A stretch of 20,349 nucleotides of DNA from an uncultured archaeon (GTDB lineage Archaea; Asgardarchaeota; Lokiarchaeia; Sigyniarchaeales; Promethearchaeaceae). Below are positions 1-8,108 of this stretch, in pieces (positions within the stretch are counted from its first letter, which is position 1; each line of letters starts with the position of its first letter). Under the pieces are notes generated by a model that saw nothing but the letters and a program-made list of their open reading frames with translations, searched no databases and was not told the origin of the DNA. The DNA lies in assembly GCA_964426185.1 (NCBI GenBank), contig CAYRPF010000026.1, positions 16,312 through 36,660 on the forward strand, read 5' to 3'. The position numbers were made by a program, and so were the translations under genes.

Positions 1-105
1 ACTCTTCTTAGTAGGGCTCTTCTTCACAGTTTTTTTCTTGGCGGTACTCTTCTTAGTAGCGCTTTTCTTCACAGTTTTTTTCTTGGCGGCACTCTTTTTG
101 GCAGT
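1..105 (-). repeat. 45-bp coding tandem repeat built from 15-bp pentapeptide units (KKSxx/KKKTV)
   Basis: Bases 1-45 (actcttcttagtagggctcttcttcacagtttttttcttggcggt) are repeated at 46-90 with 3 substitutions; a degenerate partial unit lies at 91-105. Confidence 0.9.
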
Positions 106-2868
106 TCTTCTTTTATGGGAATTCTTTTTGGTAATAATCTTGGATTTGTGCATTTCACGTTGTTGTTGTTCGATTTCAGCTATTAAAGAACTTCTCCGAG
201 AGTATTTCCTATCAAGCTCTTCTCGAATACCGATAAGCTTCTTCTCATAAAGAGCCTTTTGTTCTTCTAATTCCCTAATTTCACCATTTATCTTCAATAA
301 CTTAGGAGATATAATTTGCTTCTGAGTAGATTTTAATTTAGAACGTAAACTCGAAATTTCATCATGATGTGGTAATTCAAGTAATTCGGGTGTGGATGAG
401 ATCTTCTTAAATTCTGTTAGAGAAAGTGTGTGAAAATCATAAACCAAATGAGGAAAAATTTCCACGTCGATAATTACTTCAGGCGGATCCTCAAAAGTTG
501 AAACCTTATAACGTTTTTGAAAATTGATATTTGGAGTTAAACTTTCTAATTGGGAAAAAGGGATATCAATCAATGTTTTTCCTGGTTCTTTCGCGCAACA
601 AATTTTCAAATAGGACGGATGAAGGAGAAAATCGGATGTATTGTGCACAAATGGTTCTAAAAAGTATTCATTGAGGGAATTTTGAACACGTTCCAAACGA
701 ATTCCATATTTAAACGAACATCTTGCATGAAATAAAGTTGGCATTATATTTTCACATGCAGTGGATAACGGAGAGTGCACATATTTCTGATTTGGAAATA
801 GTACAGGAATTTTTATGCAAATTGGTTCATGAGAGCCATCTTTATAGGATATTTGAAGGATAATATTCCATAAGAAATCTTTTGGGCTGGGGTTTAGTAA
901 TTCAATAATTGTTTGATTAATTTTATCGCTGTAATAAAGATTTAGTTGAATTGGTAAGGCAAGTTTTTTATACCGATATTTCGAGAAAAGAGAAATATTC
1001 TTTACTGCTGTATACTCTGAGAGATTAGGAAATGAAATTCCAAAAACATTATATGAAATTGCCATCTTTTTTTGCTTTTCTAAGCTGAATATCTCCCAGT
1101 TTAATAAATGTATTGAATCCAGAAATGATTCTGAATTAAACTCTGGTTGACTGGAAACAAAAACAAAATCTGAAGGAAAATGATCATAAAAACTAATATT
1201 TGAAAAAGGAACAATGCCGGAATTGCTTAAAGTCCAGTTTGTCTCAATCAAATGGGAATCACCTTGGTAATTTTTAATGCATTGTAAAGTAAGAGATTTT
1301 AACCGGTTTTTTCCATCGACTCTTGAGAAAACCCTTAAATCATTCTCGATTCCTTGTAATGCCTGTTTCAGAAAATTAATGATTTCTTGATGTATTTCTA
1401 AATCTTGCTGTAATTGGAAACCTGCTTGAATATAGTGAATCTGTTCATCAGAATATTTAAGTAAATCAGCAATCAATTGGTTTGACATGGATAAGGTTAA
1501 TTGGTTGACACTATCTTGAATAATATAGAAGTTTTCTTTAAAAATTGAAATGAAATCCAGAAAAGTTTTGAACGAATCTTCAATTGCCTTTTCATTTTGT
1601 TTGGTGACTGATCTTGCAAGAGTGGTAATGGTGCTCCGAAGTGTTTTAAGGTATTTTTGAGATTTTTGATAAATTAAAAGCAAATTTTTCTGTTTTTTCT
1701 CTAAATCTGGTAATTTGTTAACTTTAGAAATGATTGAAACGATTTTACCAAATTTTTGAGAACGTGATACAAAAACATCAATGAAGGAATTTATTGCATC
1801 TTCGGTTGAATTACGTAAAGCTACTTTGATAAATGGAATAGAACTATGGATTTCATCTAAAGTGGAATAAAGAATATTATAAATATCAGCAGAATGCTTT
1901 TGGCTGGATAAAATTTCCTCACTAATTGCCTTAAAGAAATCATGAATGTTGGATTTTTCTAATTCAACAATTTCTTTCTCTTCTAATAATTCTGAGTAAT
2001 CTTCTTGCAATTTTGCGAAGATGTCAGACTCCCTTTGGATTTTTTCTGTATAATAATCGTGTTTTTCCTTCAAAATTTGAATATTGCGGGTGATACCAAA
2101 TTTATTTAAAGCTTCAAATTGAATTTCTTTAATTTCTCTTTGAATTAATATTTGAGATTTAGCTTCAGAGAAATTCTGAAAATTATCCAGCAATTGGAGT
2201 GATTCATCATATATCTCTTCAAGTTCAAGATATTTTTGTATAGAGTTAGTTAGCTTTAATTTTTGTAAAATAGAATTAAATGTATCGAAAATCTGATAAA
2301 TATCTGCAATAAAATCATCAAATTCTCTTGAAGACAAATCAATTGCATAGACTGCAGCCTTATGAATTACTTCCGCCATGGAATAAATCGAATCATTAAT
2401 GTTATTTGAAAATAGTGTTAAAGTTTCGGTAATGCTGAAAATAGTTTGCTTTAATTCTCGTTCATTTTTAATTTCTTTACATTGGTTTAATGGATCAATT
2501 ATTTCCTTTAAATCTCTCAAATAATCCGTAAAATCATGAAGATTTTCTGAAATTGCATTTTTAGAATGCTCTAACATCCGAATTTTCAGATCAGACACAG
2601 ATTCATCAATTGAATCAATCAACCATGAAAGCATTTCGATATGCTGAGAGATTTGATTCTTAGAACTACGCTCAATATCCACCAATTCATCGATTTTTTG
2701 TTTTGCATCTTTAATTTCAATCTTTTTTTCTTCTAAATATTTCTCGAGCTTCTCTTCCTTTTTTTCGATAGCCTTTAATTTAAATGTAAGATCACTAATT
2801 TGTCGGGCGAGTTTTTCACGAGAAACTTGTAGAAGTTCTTCAGGTTTCGATGATGGTGAATTTAACAC
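1..2868 (-). CDS. Large hypothetical protein (>=956 aa, 3' end outside window): long helical/coiled-coil N-terminal half, DUF11/Ig-like beta-sandwich region, second coiled coil, Lys-rich H1-like repeat tail
   Basis: Not in the ORF track because it runs off the window. Manual translation shows no in-frame stop from 2946 to 1. GTG at 2868 has AGAGGT just upstream. N-terminus MLNSPSSKPEELLQVSREKLARQISDLTFKLKAIEKKEEKLEKYLEEKKIEIKDAKQKIDEL; last visible residues KKSAAKKKTVKKSATKKSTAKKKTVKKSPTKKS. Confidence 0.9.
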   Translation of the reverse strand, partial: MLNSPSSKPEELLQVSREKLARQISDLTFKLKAIEKKEEKLEKYLEEKKIEIKDAKQKIDELVDIERSSKNQISQHIEMLSWLIDSIDESVSDLKIRMLEHSKNAISENLHDFTDYLRDLKEIIDPLNQCKEIKNERELKQTIFSITETLTLFSNNINDSIYSMAEVIHKAAVYAIDLSSREFDDFIADIYQIFDTFNSILQKLKLTNSIQKYLELEEIYDESLQLLDNFQNFSEAKSQILIQREIKEIQFEALNKFGITRNIQILKEKHDYYTEKIQRESDIFAKLQEDYSELLEEKEIVELEKSNIHDFFKAISEEILSSQKHSADIYNILYSTLDEIHSSIPFIKVALRNSTEDAINSFIDVFVSRSQKFGKIVSIISKVNKLPDLEKKQKNLLLIYQKSQKYLKTLRSTITTLARSVTKQNEKAIEDSFKTFLDFISIFKENFYIIQDSVNQLTLSMSNQLIADLLKYSDEQIHYIQAGFQLQQDLEIHQEIINFLKQALQGIENDLRVFSRVDGKNRLKSLTLQCIKNYQGDSHLIETNWTLSNSGIVPFSNISFYDHFPSDFVFVSSQPEFNSESFLDSIHLLNWEIFSLEKQKKMAISYNVFGISFPNLSEYTAVKNISLFSKYRYKKLALPIQLNLYYSDKINQTIIELLNPSPKDFLWNIILQISYKDGSHEPICIKIPVLFPNQKYVHSPLSTACENIMPTLFHARCSFKYGIRLERVQNSLNEYFLEPFVHNTSDFLLHPSYLKICCAKEPGKTLIDIPFSQLESLTPNINFQKRYKVSTFEDPPEVIIDVEIFPHLVYDFHTLSLTEFKKISSTPELLELPHHDEISSLRSKLKSTQKQIISPKLLKINGEIRELEEQKALYEKKLIGIREELDRKYSRRSSLIAEIEQQQREMHKSKIITKKNSHKRRTAKKSAAKKKTVKKSATKKSTAKKKTVKKSPTKKS

Positions 2869-2952
2869 AAAATAACCTCTTATTTGTATGTATATGATTG
2901 TGATATTTGTGCTAATAATCTTTGCAATAACTGAAATTAACAAATATTAAAG

Positions 2953-2970
2953 AAAAAGCCAAAAAAAAAG
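2953..2970 (-). terminator. U-rich tract after the 472-aa gene, probable archaeal terminator
   Basis: Minus strand reads a long T run, then GGC and TTTTT, a few nt after the stop codon at 2975. Confidence 0.45.
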
Positions 2971-2974
2971 CGTC

Positions 2975-4393
2975 TTACCATTCACGTGAATGAATCACAT
3001 AATATGCTTTCAAGTCTCTTCGAATTTCTTCTGCACCTGATTCCAAAACATTGGTTATATACTGCACAGGAGTAGAAATATTTAACCGTTTGTAATGATA
3101 TTGAATAATTTTGTTTAAAACTAGATTAAATGCTTTTTCAGAGTTAATCAGTAAAAGACGTGCAACCATCGGTGCACTGTTCATATTCTGTTGTTCCAAA
3201 TTCTTAAGATTTTCTGATAGAAGATCTTTCTCTAAACGCTCTTTTACTCGCAGTAATTTAGCTTTCCTTTTTTCATCTGAGATATTGGGATCATTTTGAA
3301 TTTTCTTTATCTTGAGATTGGATTTTTCTTCTATCATCAATTTAGTGGTATTTTTAAGGACTTCCATTATCTTCTTTATTTCATAATGGCGAAAATGATA
3401 TTGTAGTCTAACAATAAAATCCGTCCTGCTTCCGGTTCTTGCTTGACTTGCCATAAAACGACTTTTATCAAAGGGTAGGATTTTTGTATACCAAGTTTCG
3501 AAAATTACTTCATGATTATCCATGATATATTTAGCGATATTTGGGATTAGTTGGGCTTGTTCACTGGAATTTATCTCTTTCATCATACGATCAGTTAGTC
3601 GTTGCATGGCATCCGCAGCATTTGTTATAATATATTTTTCAATTGCAAACTTAAGTGCATCATTAACCGTGCGAAATTGACAGATTTGGCCAATTTCTTC
3701 CACAAAATAGTTAAAACGATGCTTTTGATCGGTATTTTGCAAAATTCTTCTCCGATATGTTTTTACCGTTCGCATTAGATAATCTAGGTTGTGTAAAAAT
3801 GGATGCATATATTTGACATTGAAACCATTAGGTGTGTGAGTAAAATAGGATATTTTACACAATTTCTTCAAATCTTTTAAGAATTTTTCAGGGGCTTCTA
3901 CTTTTTTATCTATAAATGGTTCTAAAAATTCTATAAAATATTCCCTTTTTTTTGAAGTTAACTTTTGAGAAGGATCCCAAAGGGGCAGTAATTTTTCAAG
4001 TAATTCGTAAGTAATTGCATCTAAATTTATTTGAAGGTGATATTTCTTTTCCAGCTCTTGAAATCCTTTTCTTATCTCAGACTTATGAATATCCTTCAAA
4101 GTAGATATAATTTCACCGTCTTCTAACACAAAAATAGTCTGCGGTAGTAATATTTCGTTTAGGCGAATTAGATCTCGCAACTTTTTCTTCCGAATAGGCG
4201 TATAATCTCCATTTTTTTTAAGTATGCGCTGATAAAACTCGAATTTTTGGATCATATCTCGATAAATTTGTTCTTTATTATAGCAGCGAACGCAATAATT
4301 TGTTAATATATGGACGCTTTGATCGATATTTTGTTTTAATTTGCAACTTGAACAAACGAAAAAGGATTTTTGATATGTTTTTTTTTGATTCAT
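2975..4393 (-). CDS. Hypothetical protein with N-terminal C4 zinc finger and large alpha-helical body
   Basis: 472-aa ORF with CSSC-x16-CVRC near the N-terminus. The remainder is helical and charged, with no catalytic motif I recognise. Confidence 0.8.
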   Translation of the reverse strand: MNQKKTYQKSFFVCSSCKLKQNIDQSVHILTNYCVRCYNKEQIYRDMIQKFEFYQRILKKNGDYTPIRKKKLRDLIRLNEILLPQTIFVLEDGEIISTLKDIHKSEIRKGFQELEKKYHLQINLDAITYELLEKLLPLWDPSQKLTSKKREYFIEFLEPFIDKKVEAPEKFLKDLKKLCKISYFTHTPNGFNVKYMHPFLHNLDYLMRTVKTYRRRILQNTDQKHRFNYFVEEIGQICQFRTVNDALKFAIEKYIITNAADAMQRLTDRMMKEINSSEQAQLIPNIAKYIMDNHEVIFETWYTKILPFDKSRFMASQARTGSRTDFIVRLQYHFRHYEIKKIMEVLKNTTKLMIEEKSNLKIKKIQNDPNISDEKRKAKLLRVKERLEKDLLSENLKNLEQQNMNSAPMVARLLLINSEKAFNLVLNKIIQYHYKRLNISTPVQYITNVLESGAEEIRRDLKAYYVIHSREW

Positions 4394-4516
4394 TTTCCCA
4401 CCGTTAGTTGATCCAAAATAATTCTATTTGTAAAAATGAGGTTATTTCTCACTTAAATTTTTCTCTAATTTATTTACATCCATGATACCCGTAAGATTCA
4501 GATATCATCAACGAAA

Positions 4517-5596
4517 TTACCGAATTTCTTTAAGATTTCTAATTGTTCGAATTAATTCCTTTGATGATTCAAGAAAACTCTCTTCGGCAGAATCAAGCAA
4601 AAGTGTATCGTATTCTTTGAGAACTTGCTGAATTTCGTTAAAATTTCCATCTAAATCTTCAGGAATACGTTCGAATAGTATATTTTTAGCTTTCCTCATT
4701 TTGATTGCAAAATTAGTAAGTAGTTCTTCATTAATGTGGTGAATTTGCTCTGCTTCAGAATATACCGTTTCTGGTTGTTTCACATTAACCCTATCAATAA
4801 GCATTGCCTTGATTTCCTTATATTTCTTAATGTATTCTTCTTTAGTATATGATTCACCTATAATTTCGAACTGATGATCTTCTGCTCTTTGAATATGTTG
4901 GCAAGGAAATTGAGTTAAAATAACACCTAAATGAGTGCCCTTATCGTTTACCGTAATTCCATAGATATATTTAATTCTAAAACCTCCAATTATTGCAAAA
5001 TTGGATGTATCTTGTAATAATGTGAGATGATTAACTTCATCTGTTTCTGAACTATAGACTTCATAATGCCCATGGCTATGTGCCCATCCCAAAACCACTT
5101 TCTGGTGTTCTTCAATATAATCTTTTACTTCTAAAATTCCTTCTTCCGGAACTACTACATTTGTTTCGCTTGCTTGATGGTATGGAATATAAATATCTGT
5201 AATAATCTGTGGTTTATCATGAGGAAATTCTTGTTTTTCACCCAAAACATAACAATATACTTCTAATTTAGCAGAGTCTGGCCCCCAACGATCTTTACTA
5301 ATTTCATTAACCGCTGTAGCAAGCATAATGATTTCATCAAAAGCTTTTGCAGTAATGTATACTCGATTAATTTTTGCAGGAGAATTGATGTAAGTTATAA
5401 TCTGAGAATCAGAAACTTGAATCTGATGCATTTTTTCAAGAAAGATTTGAGAAAATGGTTCTTTTTCCAAAGGGGTTCCAGAATCGGTTGACTTTTTTGA
5501 AGAATTTATCTGGTTTATAGTTGGTTTTCTTTTCGTTTTGATATTAAGAAGGGATTCCAAAGAATCTGAAATTTTGATATTAGTTTTTTTCGACAT
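4517..5596 (-). CDS. JAB1/MPN/Mov34 (JAMM, MPN+) metalloisopeptidase with C-terminal helical extension
   Basis: Catalytic Glu in KLEVYCYVLG and a complete motif LGWAHSHGHYEVYSSETD (H-x-H-x7-S-x2-D). About 100 aa of amphipathic helices follow the MPN domain. Confidence 0.9.
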   Translation of the reverse strand: MSKKTNIKISDSLESLLNIKTKRKPTINQINSSKKSTDSGTPLEKEPFSQIFLEKMHQIQVSDSQIITYINSPAKINRVYITAKAFDEIIMLATAVNEISKDRWGPDSAKLEVYCYVLGEKQEFPHDKPQIITDIYIPYHQASETNVVVPEEGILEVKDYIEEHQKVVLGWAHSHGHYEVYSSETDEVNHLTLLQDTSNFAIIGGFRIKYIYGITVNDKGTHLGVILTQFPCQHIQRAEDHQFEIIGESYTKEEYIKKYKEIKAMLIDRVNVKQPETVYSEAEQIHHINEELLTNFAIKMRKAKNILFERIPEDLDGNFNEIQQVLKEYDTLLLDSAEESFLESSKELIRTIRNLKEIR

Positions 5597-5769
5597 AAGT
5601 TTCTGATTTTATATTGATCTTGCAGATATTTCTATTTTTTTGATTCGAAAAATAAGATAAGATCCAATAATCATGAGGATTATTTGAAGAATTAAAGATA
5701 GATAGCTTTTTTTATTACTTTAGCATTTGTAGAAGTATTATTCAATAACACGTATTGTAGGCATGAACC

Positions 5770-6729
5770 ATGTCAACTCCAGAAGAAATCCTTAGAAACC
5801 TAAAATCAGAAGATCTTGCGGCTAGAAAACGTGCAATTTTTACCGTTGGGGAGAAAAAAACCGTAGAATCCATTCCAATACTTTTAGATTTGCTTAAATC
5901 CGATCCAGATTCTGTAATTAGAAATTCTGCAGCCCGCGCATTAGGAAAAATTAATGCAGAACAATATCATGACCAAATTTTCGATTCTTTGATAAAAGCA
6001 TTGGAAGATTCTGACTATTACGTAAAAGCTAATGCATGTTGGAGTTTAGGAAAACTCAAAGACAAGCGCGCCATTCCAAGTTTAATGAAAATGGTGGATC
6101 CAAATCAAAGATTTTATTCAACAGTAGGAGATGGATTCACTCAAAATACAATTTCAGAAAGTGAAGCCTCCGAAAAAATACGTGAAGAAGGTGTAAAATT
6201 TTCCGATGTCATTGTAGGTGCAATTAAAGCTTTAGGAGAAATTGGGGATCCCGAAGGAATACCCGCATTGTTAAGTGCCTTAGAAGATAAAGATGATGGT
6301 AATGTACGTTGTGCTGCTTGTTTAGCATTAGGTAAAATAAAGGATAAAGAAGCAGTTCCTGCCTTAGTTGAATTATTAAAAAAAGAAAAATATTGGTACG
6401 TACGCCGTGATGCAATAAAAGCTTTGAAGAAAATTGGTGATCCTCGAGCTGCGGATGAGCTAATTAATAAAATTTCCGATATGTACGATGAAGTGCGGAA
6501 ATTTGCCAAAAAAGCTTTACTTTCTTTGGGTAAACAAGCTCCAACAGCAATTTTGAAACTCTACATGAAAAATCCTAACGATGAAGAAATTAAAAAATGG
6601 ATGAAAAATAATTTTACAAGAGATGAAATTCTGGAAAATATTAAACGTTTAGAAGAAAATGAAGAAGATAAAGAGAAAAAAGAAGAATTTCGCAAATTTT
6701 TTGAACATTTATTACAACCGTTAGTATAA
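5770..6729 (+). CDS. HEAT-repeat (PBS lyase / HEAT_2-like) protein
   Basis: Repeated motifs VIRNSAARALGKI, YVKANACWSLGKL, NVRCAACLALGKI, YVRRDAIKALKKIGDPRA. Confidence 0.92.
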   Translation: MSTPEEILRNLKSEDLAARKRAIFTVGEKKTVESIPILLDLLKSDPDSVIRNSAARALGKINAEQYHDQIFDSLIKALEDSDYYVKANACWSLGKLKDKRAIPSLMKMVDPNQRFYSTVGDGFTQNTISESEASEKIREEGVKFSDVIVGAIKALGEIGDPEGIPALLSALEDKDDGNVRCAACLALGKIKDKEAVPALVELLKKEKYWYVRRDAIKALKKIGDPRAADELINKISDMYDEVRKFAKKALLSLGKQAPTAILKLYMKNPNDEEIKKWMKNNFTRDEILENIKRLEENEEDKEKKEEFRKFFEHLLQPLV

Positions 6730-6878
6730 TTCAAATTGTTGGAATTTTTCCAATTTTTTTTTGGAATTATTTTTGAAGATTTCTTTTAAGTGGAATTTAT
6801 ACAGAAGTATAATTACGAAAGGAACTTGTTCCTACCTTTACAAACTTAATGTAGTGTTTTAGGGGGATTTATTCTCAA

Positions 6879-7889
6879 ATGGAAGCAATACATCATTCTC
6901 ACCTTAACTCTAATTATACCCAACCTAACTCAGGTTATTCTGCTCATTTTTCGAAAAAAACTACTTATTTATCCTCTCGATTTAATTTCAAAAAAAATCA
7001 AAACGATATAGAAGATAAATGCTGTGATAATCCACAAATAACCAAAGTTAATGGTTATTCTGTATGTGTTTCATGTGGTGTTGTGTTTGATAGAATATAT
7101 GAGAATTCTCCCCGAAGAGCTTTTACTCAAGAAGAGTTAGCGAAACGAAAAATTCATGAACCCGTATATTCTGCAATTGGTCCTCGAACGGTGATTCGAG
7201 GAAAATTCGATTCACGAGGTGTATTAATTAACCCTAAATTTCAAAGTAAATTTTCACGCTTAGGAAAAATCCATCGTTCATTAACTTCTAGTTATGAACG
7301 AAATCTATGGATTGCTCTGCCTAATTTTCAAAGGTTACAGGAAAAATTGGGACTTCCAGAAATGGTGGTTAAAGATGCCATAAAAATTTATCAAAAGGCG
7401 GTTAAAGCAAAGTTAACTATGGGTCGTTCGATCGATATACTGATGGCTGCATCTATATTTGTCTCTCTAAAAATCCATGGAATTCCACGGGTGGTGGAAG
7501 AAATTGTAAGAGTCGTTGATGTAAATAAAAAAAACGTAATAAAATGCTATCGACTATTAATTGTTAAAATTTTACCAAAAATGAACATTCGAGTTTCAAA
7601 TGTCAATCCAGTTCGTTATATTGAAAAATTTGGAGAAGACCTAAATTTACCAATGATAGTTCGTCAAGATGCAATGCGTTTAGTTCGAAAAGCCCGAAAT
7701 AACGGACTTCTTGTAGGAGGAAAAGATCCAAAGGGTTTGGCAGCTGCTGCAATTTATATTTCTTCTCACTTGCACAAAACACCCCGCACTCAAACAGATA
7801 TTGCAAAATTATCACATGTTACAGAGGTTACATTACGAGTGAGGTGCCGTGACTTGCAAAAATACTGCCGTGTTCCAAAATTTCGATAA
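6879..7889 (+). CDS. tfb: Transcription initiation factor IIB (TFB) family paralog
   Basis: Zn ribbon CC...VCVSCGVV, two cyclin repeats (GRSIDILMAASIF; GKDPKGLAAAAIYI) and BRE-binding HTH TQTDIAKLSHVTEVTLR. Confidence 0.93.
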   Translation: MEAIHHSHLNSNYTQPNSGYSAHFSKKTTYLSSRFNFKKNQNDIEDKCCDNPQITKVNGYSVCVSCGVVFDRIYENSPRRAFTQEELAKRKIHEPVYSAIGPRTVIRGKFDSRGVLINPKFQSKFSRLGKIHRSLTSSYERNLWIALPNFQRLQEKLGLPEMVVKDAIKIYQKAVKAKLTMGRSIDILMAASIFVSLKIHGIPRVVEEIVRVVDVNKKNVIKCYRLLIVKILPKMNIRVSNVNPVRYIEKFGEDLNLPMIVRQDAMRLVRKARNNGLLVGGKDPKGLAAAAIYISSHLHKTPRTQTDIAKLSHVTEVTLRVRCRDLQKYCRVPKFR

Positions 7890-8022
7890 AAATCGAAATA
7901 AATCAATTCATTATAAATAAGTCGAAATAAATTCCACGTAAAGCCAAAAAAACAAAAAGACTAACTCCTAAATCCCCACAACCAAACGCAACAACAAAAT
8001 ACACAACCAATAAAAACCCCCC

Positions 8023-8063
8023 GGAATATAGCAGAGAAAAACCCCAAATCTTTGCTATATTCC
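8023..8063. terminator. Inverted repeat / stem-loop between convergent tfb and UFM1-like genes
   Basis: GGAATATAGCAGAGA (8023-8037) pairs with TCTTTGCTATATTCC (8049-8063): 15-bp stem with one G-U on the + strand, 11-nt loop, followed by a pyrimidine tract. Confidence 0.6.
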
Positions 8064-8108
8064 ACCTTCTTTCTTAAAAAAAGTAATTTTCAAATTAAAA
8101 ATACCAGG

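Noticed and set aside
1-105. Repeats as possible CRISPR array
   Set aside because: Tandem, in-frame coding units with no unique spacers.
38-250. 70-aa hydrophobic + strand ORF
   Set aside because: Antisense shadow of the Lys-rich repeat tail of the long minus-strand gene.
4517-5596. JAMM gene as part of a CBASS/Bil-type defence island
   Set aside because: No CD-NTase, E1/E2, effector or mobility gene nearby; the context is core-like.
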